Source: the human T2T-CHM13v2.0 reference genome, Homo sapiens
Assembly: GCF_009914755.1 (NCBI RefSeq)
Contig: NC_060936.1
Length of the DNA: 64,000 nt
Direction: 5' to 3' (one strand)
The notes below the pieces were generated by a model. The model did not search any database, was not told where the DNA came from, and saw only the letters and a list, made by a program, of their open reading frames with translations. The stretch's first letter is position 1. Each line of letters starts with the position of its first letter. Below are positions 21,970 to 36,075 of this stretch, one piece after another. The translations under genes were made by a program, and so were the position numbers.

Positions 21970-22400
21970 GCTTTTTTCTGTTATCTCTTTGAGGCTCCTC
22001 TCTCCCCCCATCCTTTCTGCCCCAAGCTTCCCCACTTCCGTACCCTTTTCCCGTGATACCTACTCAAACTGCAAATGGGGTCTTTTCCCAATTTTTATCT
22101 CCTTTGTTGTTCTTGATCCCCTTTTCCTCTTCTTTTCTGTCTTTCCTTTACATACTCACCTTTTAACTCATGTTTCCCTTTTTCATTTCTTCTTTATCTT
22201 CCTTTCCCTTATGTTCTCTGTCTACCTTTTCCCTGTTAAATGCCAGCTTTTGCCATTTCTCTGTAGTTCTGTCAATCTCCTGTTTGCTTTTTGCCCTTTT
22301 TTTTCTTTGATCTTTCACCCTGGTGACTCTTCTTGCTTACCCACTTCCCTTAAACTTGAATCCCATTCCTGTTCTTTCTCAAACTCTTGGCTTCTGGAAT
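21970..22400 (+). repeat. Pyrimidine-rich low-complexity tract
   Basis: About 430 nt dominated by C and T. Confidence 0.8.
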
Positions 22401-22459
22401 ATTGGGCATAGTTTGATGCCTCTGAATATCCCTTTGCGCAAGAAGGGTGTAACAATAGC

Positions 22460-22680
22460 TAACAACTATATAGCCTTTAAGATTAGAGTACCAGACTGCA
22501 TTCAAAGAGCTTTTTATGTATTAAGTCATTAATCATTTCCACAACCCTCTAAGGTAGATACTATTATTGTTTCCATTCTACAGATGAGAAAATGCTTACA
22601 AAGTGAGATTGCAAAATATTTCCAAGGTCCCAGAGCCAGGATTTAAGCCCAGACAGTGGGTTCGAGAGTCTGGACCCTGG
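22460..22680 (-). mobile_element. MIR (other MIR-like pieces near 26300, 30900, 31650, 37900, 47750, 49100, 50350, 50750, 51400)
   Basis: attattgtttccattctacagatgagaaa...agagccaggatttaagcccagacag core. Confidence 0.75.
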
Positions 22681-25182
22681 ACGACTCTTACACCTCAATG
22701 TGAATAGTGAGTGGTAAGGTATAAGTGTTAACTAGCTGCTTCAGGGATGTTTTTCTATTTACCAGTATAAGTGTGCACATTTGTGTGTGTGTGTGAATGA
22801 AATTGTGTGGGGAGTTTTGCAAGAGAGATGGAAAAGGGAGAGGTGTTAGCATTGGAGCTGATGACAGAGATAAGAAAAGCTATGGCAAGAAGAGAGGCAG
22901 TCTTTTGCCATGTCAGTGAGTCATTCAGTTGGCATCTAGCTTCAAATTTATTGATTTAAATCCAAATATCCTAATTAACTCTTATAATTTTGTACAGATG
23001 GACAGATGGAAGTACAGTTTAGAAAAGGCTGATGGTGACCAGCTGTTCACCAGCTCTGCTGAGCAAACTGAGCCAAGCTCTAATGTGAAGACTTCAGGTT
23101 AGTAATAGGAAAAGTTCACCTGTGGTGAGGTTAGAAAGGGAAAAAAAGTACGCTAACAAAGGAACAGAAACTAGAATGCCATCTTTGGATATGTTTTAAA
23201 ATAGGTTGAGTCTTATCTTTTTAGGAAAGCTTAATGCTATCCTGCTGAAAGCCAAGAAGATACAAGATGAGCTCAAAGCCCCTTTGAGCTTATAATTAAA
23301 GAATTTTGTGATGCTTTGCTTTCAATTAAAGATATCCATCTTTCTCCTTTTAATAGGCGAGGGGTAGCTGCTTCCATTGCTTTTCTTTGGTTAAGTAAGG
23401 AAATCATTACCTATAGAGACACTAATGAAAGGAAATACTTAGGCCAATTCTCCCCCCTGCCTAAATATCCTAAGTCCTGGACTCATTATATTCACCCTGT
23501 GACTTTAGAAGGCCTTATCCTGTTTGCAAAGTCTTGGATTTCCAACAGAAACAGAACTTGCCTGAAAGGATTAAAGTTTCCATGGGGAATAGAGGTTTTC
23601 TGCCTCTTTAGGGTTCTGCAAGCCCTACTGCCCTTCTGGAGAATTAACTCCAGGGTGTTTTAGGAACCCAAGTGTGATCCAAACTAACTGTACATCTCTG
23701 ATGGCCCCAAAATCTGCTTAGGGGCGTAGAGTCTCCTGCCTGTGATACTGTGAAAATGGCCCATCTGAAGGGCAGAAGCCATTCTTGATCACCTCTGTTT
23801 TAGACAGCGGACAAGAATCTGCAGACGTTTTACATCAAAGTTAAGCAGAGTCCACAACAATCTAAAAAAGTTTTGGGTTGATGCTAAAATCAAGGCCTGG
23901 AGGGGATAGCGGGGTGGGATCTGGACTTACAAAAGCTTCCCTAGGAATTTCGGCTCTTGGCATGCACACCTACTCTCAAGGGAGAAGAGTTAATGTTGTC
24001 AGGCACACCACAGAAAGAAGGGTGCCTCAGAGAAGGATTTAAGGAGGGACGGCAATTCCACTGCTACTCACCAGAAGCCAGTATGACTTTAAAATATTGA
24101 TGATGTTATTTGCTGAAAGTACCGGATTTTAAATGCCAGAATAGAAGATTGGGTTTTCCAGTTGCATACTCAGCAAATGAGCAGAAACAGCACACATGTC
24201 CCCGTTTAATTTGTAAAGGAACTTAAGTCTTTCTGAAGACTATCAATTAATGTGTCTGTAGCCATAAACATACCTATGAACCATGTTTTACATTTATGTA
24301 ACACTGCTCAAGAAGTTTATGCACTTATTAGTCTTTGCATAGCTTCAAGGAGCAGATAATATTGAGTATTAGAAATAAATTTTATTTCTGCTGAAATCAT
24401 TTGTATTTTCATATTTATGTGATGATCAAAACCATTCATGCAGGCTGTTCTGCATTTCACGTGTGCTCAAAATTCCTGGAGTTCTTAACATACAAAAGAC
24501 AACTAGGAGAGAGCCAAGCCCAAAGACCACAATAGGAGGATTCCCTGGCCCTTCTGCCCCTACGTATCTGCCTGGTCCCTCATGGTGCCCATGTGCTTCT
24601 CATACTGATTGAGGTGGATCCATAATGAGACCGGAAAAGTAGCATGAGGAGGAGATGACAACCCCATTAAGGACTTTCACAAAGTGTTCTCTACCATTTC
24701 TCTGGAGTCTGGACTAGTTGGATGGTGGAAGTCTGCAGGAAGAGGGGCCTTTTAATGTCTGTGTTTCCTTTGTTACTGCTGATGAAAATTCTTGGAAAAA
24801 TCTTCCAAGAAAAACATGTTTATGCAATGTGAAGCACATTCAAATATAAATAAGATGCACTAAATGTCCACTTCTCTCACCCACCCACTATGGGCTTCAT
24901 ACGGTCCTTACATCAATTGTCAGATGGTGTCCTCCTGGTGCAGAGAGTTGTCAGTAACAGATATTTCTTCTGACTTCAAAGGTACTCCTACTTTAAAAAA
25001 ACAACAACAGAAAACTAGCTAAGGAGGGTTAAATCCAGACTTACAATCAAAACTATTGGTATAAAACTTTTTATTTAATAGCTAAAGCGATAAATCATAT
25101 ATAGCAATTACCCAACAAGTACTATGGTTCTGGTATTAACTTATAATCATCATTAGTAAGGAAACTGACTGAAATCCAGGCT

Positions 25183-25612
25183 GTGTATATTAGTTAAGGT
25201 CTGCATTTCAGCCAAAATAACAGCAACTGAAATTAGGAAGTTCTTTTTTGGTCACATAAAAGAAGTCTGAAGGTAAGCAGTCCAGGGGTAACGTGAAGTG
25301 GTAAAAGTGCCATCAGTGTCCCACACTTCTGCTTTTCCACTCTCCACCAGCGTCTATCTGCAAGATCACCCCATGGTCAGAAGATGGCTGCAGGAACTCC
25401 TGCAGGGAAGGATGAAAGGGTGCCTGCCAACTGAGCAAGGTCTCTTAAGGAGCTTTTTTTTTTTTGCAAGCTCCACCCATCTCATTGTCCAATCCCATTA
25501 CAAGAGGTTACAAATGTAGTTTTCAAAGCTGAGGCTCCACAGCAATATAGGGGTTCTCTTAGTAAAGGGGAAGTGGAGACTAGATACTGGGTTGGCACTA
25601 GCCATCTCTGCA
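25183..25612. mobile_element. Old MLT1-type MaLR LTR
   Basis: tgtatattagtt start, aagatggctgca motif, ggttggcactagccatctctgca end. Confidence 0.55.
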
Positions 25613-27829
25613 GTGATGTGACTAAAAGGAAATGGCTTGTCCACGTCCTCTTCTTTTTTCATCAGTGAGTCTCTTCCCCTCTATTATGCCATATGAGTTG
25701 GCAGCATCATTTTATTGTATTAGGGTATTTAATTCCAATTTCAGAAAAATGTCAATCTTCCTGTCTGCAATTGCACAAACTTAACTAACTCCTTAAGCAC
25801 ATGGTCCTTAACGTCTGTATTTTTAAGTTCTAATAATTGTAGAAATCTGCTTAGGGAGGAAATTTAATAGAGTTTGCTCTTCTTCCTGTAGAATGCAAAT
25901 TTCAGCTGCATGTTTTCTTGGAAATGATTGTCTGTCTTTTTACGTAGCAGACCTGTCCTGTGGTTGTCCTGTCCCTGCAGCTGTGCCTTCTGCCTCTGGC
26001 AGTTGGCTTGAAGAGAGCAGCTTCCAGGAGAAAGGCATTCTCTGATAGTTCCTTGAATGCATCTAGGATTTTGCACTTCATTCACTTCTAGCCACACTTA
26101 TGTAGCATACAATTGCTTTAGGGTCAGAAGATTGTGGGAGGGCTATGCTATCCAGTTGGGTTCTGGAATAAATGAGGGAGGAAAGAAGAGGTAAGTGAGT
26201 GCAGTGCAATGGGAGAAGAGGGACTAATTTCTAAGGCTGGGATTGGGAGGTGAATGCTGGAAGAGAATCTATCTTTGGAGCATTTTACTATGGACAGGTA
26301 TTAAGGCAGGTGTCTTATAAACAATGTCCAGTGCTCTCAATTCTTAGAACTAGGCACCATCAACTCTACCTTACAGATGAACAAACTCAGGCTCAGAGAC
26401 CTTAGGTAACTTGTCTGTTGTCATGTAGTAATGGCAAAGCCAGGCAATAGGGACCTAGGTGTGCTCCAGGGTGTCACTGGCAAGAGTCTTGAGTTTTAAC
26501 AGTTAATTACCTTCTCCCCTCAGCCCCTGAGAGGATCTCCTATCCAAGCATTTCACCTTCCTTGGTGAAGCTCTGCTTCAGGTCATGGGAGCCCCTGCCA
26601 GAGGGTTGATGTTTAGAGGAGTTGTTGAGAGATGAGGAAGATGGTAGGAGGGGAAATTCTTAACCCCATTCTAGCTGACTTGGAATTTCTGATGTTTGAA
26701 TGGGAATTTTGCATGTATTTCCCTACAGACAGACACAAGGGTAAGGGTGTGGTTAGCTCACTGAATAAAGCTGCCCTGTGTCTAGCATCTTGGGATCTCC
26801 TATCCAATCCTCATCCACTGAATGAATATTTACTGTGCTTATATGAACTGTGCACTGTGATGGGTTTTAGGGATTCAGTAGTGAACGTTGTCTTCAATAA
26901 GTTTACAATTTAATGGATTAAATTTCTCTTAAGAGAAAAGATCACTAAGAAAGTGGAATAATTATCCTAAAGCCATTTTATGTTCCAAAAAAGCCTGCTT
27001 TTTGGTACATTTGAGATACACTTAAACAGCTCTACTTCTCTAGTATTGCACGTTAGAAATCATTCCAGAAAATGTAGTCAGTGGCCTTGGTCTGTGGGTA
27101 AGGCTTGTCCTGTAAAGGCCACTAGCAAAGAAAATGCTTTCTCCCTTGCTTTCCTGAGCCATCTAGGCCTTCATTATATCTACCTCCCCAATTTGCCCTA
27201 GCTCCCTGATGGTGGGGATGCCTGTTCAACACCCACCCCTTCCAAGCATATACAATTTCACTGTATGGCTCCTGTTCGGCTCTCCACCCTCCCCTGGGAT
27301 TCTCCCACCTCCCTTGACAAGTATGATCTTCTCATGGCTTAGTGTTTAAACTTTCTCTCTTTGGTGTTTGAAGCTAACTTTGCTCTGGATTGTAACTTGG
27401 TCTACTCCTTGGTGTTCCACATCTTCTGTAGTGTCTGTTAGGAAGCTTCTTCTCATCCCCAGCCCCTCAGCCCTCACCCTGACCCCAGTTGCTTGGTCAT
27501 TGCCCTAGCAGGTTTCTTTTAGGGGGAGATTAGGACAGGGTTAGACTTAGCTAATTTCCTTTGTTCCAGAGAAGGCTGGAATGGTTTCATACAAGAATAT
27601 AACTCATTACAATGACCCATAACCTCCAACACATAGATTTTCACATCCTGAAAAGGACAACTTCCTCATCATCATATACTTGACTCCCTCAGCTCTTTGA
27701 CCTCAGCAGTTCAACCTGGAAAGGGACCTGACAGGGCTGGCGAATTTGGTCAGCTTAATGTCTACATCACTTTCAGGTGCAGGGACTGGATGGCAAATTT
27801 AGCAAGACAGCCTGACCTTTAAACGAAGA

Positions 27830-29130
27830 ATGCGGTGATCATTCTCAACCCCTTCATCTCCCTCACTCCCCCATCCAATTAATAACAATATCTGAGAATT
27901 CCACCTCTTAAATATCTGTAACTCCATCCCCCTTTCATCCTAACTGCCCACACTCCAGACCAGGCCCCCATAATCTCTCACCCCAAATGTTGCAAGAGCT
28001 TCTTCCCTGCTTTTAACAGTTGGGGTCTAGTAAGGAAGATAAAAACCACCCTAGATATTTCAAGTAGGAGGAATTTGACAGAGGAGATTAAAGGCATAAT
28101 CATAAACTTTGGAAAGGCTGGGATTATCAGTTTTGGGAAAAACTGTTACTGACTTCCAGAAAATCTTGACAATCAATTGGTTCAGGGAAACCTGAATCCC
28201 ATTGAGCTCAGCTGCCTGCCATGTGGAAGAGGCTGACTTGCAGGAGCTTGTCCAGAAGCTACTGTAAACCTCACATCTGCACACAGCTGCCAGGGGAGAA
28301 ATATGGTGTGTCTCTGCCACTTTCCACATCTTGCACAAGGGCCTCTCAAAGGCAGAATCTAAGTTAGAAAGAGGTGGGGAGGGGATTCTGGAAAAATGTG
28401 GTTCCAAGTTTTTATTATGCAATGAGGACAGAGTGGAGAAGGCAGTGGAGCTGGTGCTGAGTTGGCATCAGGTATCTCACACTTGTATCCACTGTGTATG
28501 CCTTCTATCCCCCTCCACCACACTGAATTCAATCACTAAGTTATAGCCAGAGCAATTTTTCTGTTCGTGTCATTCTCTTGATCAAAACTCTTTAATAGCT
28601 TCCTATTTCCATTAAGTTAAAATCAAACTTGAAACTCTTCAGTGGCCTGAATATGACTTAGTTCTTGCCTACATCTCAGTCTCATCACTCATTTCTCTGC
28701 CCCCCTTTCTAGAATCCAGCATACCAGCTTTCTTTCAAAAAATATTTTTTAATGTACCCTGCTCTTGCTGTCTCAGGTCCTTCACTCACACTGTTTTGAT
28801 TGATTAGAATGTTTTGTTCCCACTTCCCCAATGTCTTTCCCTTCTCTTCCTCCTATTCAACCTTCAGGTGTCATCTGAAACATCACTGTCTCCAAGAAGC
28901 CTTCTCTGAGTTCCTGGACCAGATTTGTCTCCTTCTATCAGCTCCCTTTGTGCCTGTCTTTCATAACTTCTGCTGACTGAAAGACTCATATGACTTTTCA
29001 GCATCTGTCTTCCCCACTAGTTTGTAAGCTCCATGAAGACAGACACCTGAATTGTTTACTGCTGTATCCCCAGTGTCTAGGACAGTGTTGAGCACAGAAC
29101 AGACACACAACTCTTCTGAATGATTCCTAA
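27830..29130 (+). mobile_element. L2 remnant interrupted by an LTR-like segment (~28015-28460)
   Basis: L2 3' motifs: gtaagctccatgaagacaga...actgctgtatccccagtgtctaggacagtg. Confidence 0.65.
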
Positions 29131-30540
29131 ATGTGCTCCACCAAATCATCTATACACTGAAGTTGGCTTTGTTCCAGGAAAACACTTGAATGACAAGTCA
29201 TAACCAAGCCACATAACATTTGAAGTGTCCTTGTACCTGTTGAGGGTGGGGAATATAATGTTGGTTCCCACCCTCCCATCCCCCACTAGGACTTTCCTAT
29301 ATTGGTGTGGCTTTTATGGGCAGGGACACCCTCACTATACTTAGAGTACTGCATATTTACTTCTTGGCTTTACCAGGCACATGGAGATTAGAAAGTAGGT
29401 ACCATGAAGGATCATAAAATGCTCCTGATATTGCAGGAAACTCAGTAGTCTGGCAGGGTCTTTAGTGAAGTAGTGGGAAGTTCTGTCAGGGGGTAGGGCC
29501 TGTGGCTGTGGAATTGCTGTTTGTCATTGTACCAGGATTGATGTGCTCGGTGCCCAGAAGGCAGTAAGCTCTGCTCCCTAGCAGCCTTGGTAAGTTGAGT
29601 TTCTCACTTGCAGAACTTTTACTTCCTTTCGCAGTGTGCATTAGCAAATCAGAGAGACTGTAAAAGCTGGAGCCAGTCCAGTCGAATTCCACAGGTGCTC
29701 CAGAGACCGTGGGTTGGTGAGGTAACATCCAGGGCATGGCTCTCAGAGGCCAGAAGTAGGGAGGGGCGCAGAGTTTGGCCTGGCAAGCTGTGTTTACAGG
29801 TTTGCTGGGCTGAGTGGATCACAGGAGGGGGTCCTGGGGCAGAGCCAAAGAGCTTGGTTACCAAGAGTGCAGAAAGAAACAAGCACTGTGCCAGGATGTA
29901 GGAGTCAAGCCTCAGACTCCGGAACAAAGTGGGAGGATTGAGAGCCAGTGAAGCCAGTCCATCAGAATGCCAAGCTGGTAGGCACAGAGGAGGCAAGGAG
30001 CAAAGGGTCAGTACAGACAAAAGAGAGCTGGGGCAAGATGCAGGAGGCAGGAACCAGGTCTGGAGGATGCGCTACGAATGTGGAGGAATTCTCCTGGAGG
30101 TGGTCAGTCAGTCATGCCCTTGATAGGCTGGAAATAGGGTCAGAAACACATCAACCCTCACCCTCAAGCCAACTTTGCATTTCCTCCTGGCACTCGTACT
30201 TGCAAAAACACATAGCTCTCATTTCTCTAATTATGTATTCAAAAAGAAAGTTTTGATTTTTCTGGTCAAGGGCTTCTTGCAAAATCAAACTACGTTTGCC
30301 AAATATAGCCCCGGTGACCACAAGCCATCAGCAGGCCTGGGTCTGAGTTCACACCTGCTCAACATTCCTGCATTGCCAGTGGTGATCCAGCTGAGATACA
30401 ATTCTGAGTCAATTTTGTCATTGGATAATGGCACTACTGATTTTTCCTAGGCTTTTTATTCTGTTTTAGAAATTCTGCTTCAGACATACCAAAGGTAATG
30501 AAATAGACATATCTCATATTTCTGTCCTTGTTTCATATTA

Positions 30541-30872
30541 CAGTCCACCCTCCATATCTGTGGGCTCCCATCCATGGATTCAACCAACCTTAGGATATAA
30601 ATATTTGAAAATAAATTGTGTCTGTACTGAACATGTACAGACATTTTCCCCTTGTCATTATTCTCTAAACAATACAGTTTATTTATATAGCACTTACATT
30701 GTATTAGGTGTCATAAGTAATCTAGAGATGTTTTAAAGTGTATGGGATGACGTGTGTAGGCTATGTGTAAAAGACTATGCCATTTTATATCAGGGGACTT
30801 GAGCACCCAAGGATTTTGGTATCCACCGGAGGTCCTGGTACCAATACCCTGCAGATACCAAGGGATGAGTGT
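30541..30872 (-). mobile_element. MER2 (TcMar-Tigger MITE)
   Basis: TA-cagtccaccctccatatctgtggg...ggattcaaccaacc; ends gataccaagggatgagtg. Confidence 0.85.
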
Positions 30873-32133
30873 GTTTCATGTTGCTGTGTATGGTGGCAGA
30901 GTTGGTATGGACTTAGGCTTTAAGATCAAGAGGACCTGAGTTTAAATGCTGTTTTCCCCTGAGTAGCTGTGTGACCTTGGACAAATTATGAATGAGTCGG
31001 TTATCTCAAATGTAACTACAGAGAAATAGCAGTACCTCCCTCTGTTTATTGCGTGTCCATGACAATGCGCAGAGAACACCCCCATCCTAGTAGGTGAGCA
31101 ATAAATGATAGCTATTATTTTTCCCATTTGAGCTGCTTGGTTAAAATTATGAGTGTCATAGAAAATATGGGTGTATGAAAATAATTGATGAATTGAGTAA
31201 CATTTTAAGTTCAAGAGGTAAACCTATTGCTTTCCATTACTCTTTCCTCTAGTAATGGGTGAATAACAATAAAACAGAAGGCCAGACCTGTCAACGTGAT
31301 TTTCCATTAATGAGATATAGTTAAGAGTCCATGGTACTTCGTGTGCTACTTGGAAATAGGCAGTACTGGTCACAACCTTATCCTTTTAAATCATGCTATT
31401 TAGACAGCTCCTCTGAGAGCTGTCACATAGTTCCACATTTATGTGCAAATTGGGGGAAATCCTGTTAGTCCATGCTTTGTCGTAAGTTAAAGCCTTGGTC
31501 AGGTCTTAAATGAATGACATGGGTGAATTAAGTTTCAAACTTTGTTAGCTGGCCATGGGAGGCATCTTGACTTATTTCTTCTTTATTTCAGCCATTCTAC
31601 TAATAAAAGCAAGACTTTTATGGCAGTTACTCTGTGCCATGCTCTCTTTTACTGTTTTGCAAGTCTTAACTCATTTAATTGCTCAACAACCCTTTGATAT
31701 AGATAGTGTGATAATGCCATTCTGAAAAGGAAAAAACTGCGGCACAGGTTAAGTAATTTGTCCATGTCACACAAATAGTAAATGGCAGAGCCAGGATTTG
31801 AAGAAAACACTGCGGCTGCAGAGTCATTGCCCATAATCTTGACTGCCTGTGTGCACAATGGCCTCCCAAAAACCCAGACAAAAATTCAGCATTTCTATTT
31901 ACCTCCATGATTTTTGTTTAGAGAAGCGAGGCTTCATTATGCCAGAAAGAGCATGGCTTTGGGGTCTGAAACTGTGAGCATAAGGTTAAGCTTTACGAAT
32001 ACCTGTTTGCCTAGTTGGGAGAGGCAAAGTTTGGAACTTCCCTAAACCTCAGTGTCCGCACTTATAGAATGAGGATCTTATATGCCTGTTGTGAGGTGAC
32101 TAGTATTTCTGACACATAGAAGATGTCCAATAA

Positions 32134-32526
<393 letters not shown>

Positions 32527-32544
32527 TACTATGTTGAATATTAA

Positions 32545-32850
32545 CAGTTGTCCCTCAGTATCCACAGGGGACTGGTTCCAGGACCTCCCCCGACCCCATG
32601 ATACTAAAATCTGTGGATGTTCAAGTCCCATGTAAATAAAGCATAGCATTTGCTTATAACCTATGCACATCCTCCCGTATATTTGAAATCATCTCTAGAT
32701 TACTTATAATACCTAATATGACATAAACACTATATAAACACTGAATTTTTAAATTTGTATTGTTATTTATTTATTTCGTTTCACATATTTTTGATCCACG
32801 ATTGGTTGAATCTGTGGATGTAGAACCTGTGGATACAGAGGGCCAACTGT
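32545..32850 (+). mobile_element. MER2 (TcMar-Tigger MITE)
   Basis: cagttgtccctcagtatcc...ggatacagagggccaactg-TA terminal inverted repeats. Confidence 0.88.
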
Positions 32851-33011
32851 ATTTAAAGATATCCAAATATGCAATCATTTTGGTGGTTTATTTTCTCCTG
32901 AAAAACAAATTTTTGATTTTGTTAAACTTTTCACCTTTCCAAAATAGGGTAAAATTTGATCACTGAGTTAACAATAATAGAGTATCTTCTATGTGCAAGG
33001 CATTTTCTAGA

Positions 33012-33224
33012 TAGGGGCTATCCAACAGAACTTTTTGCAGTGAAAGAAATATTCTATAATCTGGCCTGTCCAATGTGGTAGTGCTAGCCACATGTGGTTA
33101 TTGAGCAGTTAAAATTGCTTAGTTTAACTAAGGTACTGAATTTTAAATTTTATTTAATTTTAGTTAATTTACATTTAATTTTAAATAGCCACATGTTAGT
33201 GACTATCACATTGCACAAGGAAAG
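33012..33224. mobile_element. MER3-like hAT MITE
   Basis: tccaacagaactttttgcagtga...tagccacatgtggttattgagca; tctaga-containing flanks. Confidence 0.75.
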
Positions 33225-33572
33225 TCTAGATGCTTTTATTAGGCCCACATACTGATCAATCCATAAATAATTATTTTTAAAAAGCCAAGACATTTTTTTA
33301 ACCTGTTCTTTTTTTAAGGTGCTTATGGTGCTCAGAATCCGTGTGGGAAGAAAAAAAAATCAATGATCGAGCATAAATTCAGGCCAATAAAGATAAACTA
33401 TAGTCCATTTTAATTTTACTGGAACTCAAATGACATAACTTATCAATATTTTTAAACAGTGATCATGAATTTGCTATGAATATTTTAGTTACTTCCCATA
33501 AATAAATAGTAATATAATAATTTCAATTCTGCATATCATACCATATAGGGATTAGTTAGGTTTAGATGTAAG

Positions 33573-34395
33573 CAGTAGTGTGCTGGTAAATGTTTAACTG
33601 GTTCTTTATGAAAAATGTAGGTGTGTGCCTGTGTGCATGTGTGTGTATGGTTTATTATATACTATGTTATAAATGATGTGTAGCAAAAACACACACTTAC
33701 ACATAAGAATAAAATATATATTACTCCTGTGAATCCCATATAGCCAACTGATTTTCACTGAGTGCTTTTATTGATTTTTGCTAAATTCTTTTATCTCTTG
33801 CCAACCTATGAGTGCAATTAATTCCCAAGTGTAATTCTGACATTAATGTTGATTGAAATTTTCCTTTATGTTAATGATTAAGGTGAAAGTCATACAGTGA
33901 AGACATTTGTTAGAACCTCATTTATTCATCATTGATATGAGCAATGTTTTCACTAAATCAGGTAATAATTTTCACATACTGGAAAAATATTTCCCTATTT
34001 TTGTGTGCTATTCACAATGTGATAACTATAAATGTGACACTTTTAAATGGAATCTGCCTGATTAACATTTTCTCTATCTCTTTTTTGAGTCCAACAATTG
34101 GCAAAATAATAAATTTGTAGCACTTGCCAATTTCCATGGTGTAAATACTCCCACCACTACTAATGTGGCATCACTGACAGTGGAGTTAGGAAAGTATAAT
34201 AGATGTAATAACTAATCTGAAAAGCAAATAGTAAAATGTGGTAAATAGTAAGATAATAGTAAAATGTGGTAAACAGTAAAATAATAGTAAAATGTTGTAA
34301 AATATCTAGGAACTGATGGGCTTTGATTATTTATTACCTTTGTTTTTACTATAATTTACTTAGTGGTAAATTTTTATAACTTAATTCGTCATAGT
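33573..34395 (-). mobile_element. MER63-like (hAT-Blackjack) element with internal ~28-bp tandem repeat (34228-34303)
   Basis: cagtagtgtgctggtaaatgtttaac end; shares ccatggtgtaaatactcccacc with the copy at 46.7 kb. Confidence 0.7.
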
Positions 34396-35046
34396 GTGGA
34401 GTCCCAGAATGTTGGTCCTGTGTTTATCAGCAATTTCTGAAGCGGACACTCTTTGCCAGCACTAGGTGCTAGGGCTATAAAAATGAATAAGGCCTGTCAA
34501 GATTTGAGTTTTCCTGGATATGCTCTTGCCCTCCTCTCTTGTCTCCTTTTCCTCACTGAATGATCTCATCCAGGCTCATGGCTTCAATATCATCTTTATG
34601 CTGATAATCCCAAATTTATGTTTCCATCTCTGCTTTTCTACTGCAAGCTCCAGTCTCATAAATTCAACTTCCTACCTGATAACTCCTTTTGGATTTCATG
34701 TAGTTATTTCATGAAATATAGTTGTTTTTATGAAATAACTGTATGAAATCATGACCATTCCAGCCTGGTACGTCGTAATGTCCATGTTTTGCTCCAAACC
34801 CATGTAGTCTTCCTCCAGTCTTCATCATTCTCAGTCAATGACACTACCATGTACCAGTTAATTGAGCTCTGATTTTAAGGATCATCCTTTGTCCTCTTCT
34901 TTTATTAATTTTCTACATTGAACCTATCAGCAAGTTCTGTTTCTTCTATTCCAAAATACTTCTCAAATCTGGACAGTCCTCACCATCTTCAGTGCTGTCA
35001 CCCTAGTCAAAGCCACTATCTCTCATTGGGACTATTGAGAGAGTGG

Positions 35047-35428
35047 ACCTGGTTTGGATTTGTGTCCCCGCCCAAATCTCATGTTGAATTGTAATCCCCA
35101 GTATTGGAAAAGGGGCCGCGGGGGAAGTGACTGGATCACGAGGGTGGATTTTCCCCTCGCTGTTTTCATGATATTGGGTGAGTTGTCATGAGATCTGGCT
35201 GTTTAAAATTGTGTAGCACCTTCCCCTTCACTCTCTTCCTCCTGCTACGGCCATGTAGGACGTGACTTCTTCCTCTTCACCTTCCGTCATGATTGTAAAT
35301 TTCCTGAGGCCTCCCCAGCCATGCTGCTTGTACTGCCTGCAGAACAGTGAACCAATTAAACCCCTTTTCTTTATAAATTACCCAGTCTCAGGTAGTTCTT
35401 TATAGCAATGTGAGTACGAATGAATACA
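35047..35428 (+). mobile_element. MST-type MaLR solo LTR
   Basis: tggtttggatttgtgtcccc...ataaattacccagtctcaggtagttctttatagcaatg. Confidence 0.9.
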
Positions 35429-35573
35429 TTCATATTTGGTCTTCCTGCCTTTCCTTTTTCATCACACAGATCTTTCACACAGGAACTCTTAAAATATAAA
35501 GCAGCTCGTGCCACTTTTTTGCTTAAAATCTCTCCACTAGTTAACGTATTTCAGTTAGATCAAAGTCCAATCT

Positions 35574-36075
35574 ATAGTAGGCAGAATAATGGGCCTCCAT
35601 AAATGTCCATGTCCTAATCCCTGGAACCTGTGAATATATTACCTTACATAGCACAAGAAACTTTGTAAATGTGACTGTATTAAGGATCTTGGAAAGGAGA
35701 GATTATCCAGGATTATCCAGGTGGGAACAATGTAGTCAAAAGGATGTTTATAAGTGGAAGCAGGAGGCAGAAGAGAATTAGAGGGAGAGGTAACAATGGA
35801 ACAGCCAGGTAGATGCAGCACTACTGTGTTTGGGGATGGAGGAAGGGAGGTAAAATCCAAGGACTGTGGGTGCCTCCAGAGACGGGAAAACGTAAGGAAA
35901 TGGATTCTTCCCCAAAGCCTCCAAAAAGGAGTGCTCCCTTGCAAACATCTTGAGTTTAGCCCAATGAGAACCATGAAAGACTTCTATCTCAAAGAACTCT
36001 CAGATAATAAATTTGTGTTGTTTAAGCTGGTAAATTTATTGTAATTTGTTAGCATGGCCACAGAAAACTAATACA
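35574..36075 (+). mobile_element. MLT1C/D-type solo LTR
   Basis: ggcagaataatgg...cctaatccctggaacctgtgaatat...gaaaactaataca. Confidence 0.85.

Noticed and set aside
21965-22411. 148-aa hydrophobic Phe/Leu/Ser ORF resembling a membrane protein
   Set aside because: Translation of a pyrimidine-rich tract; the same applies to 52712-52969.
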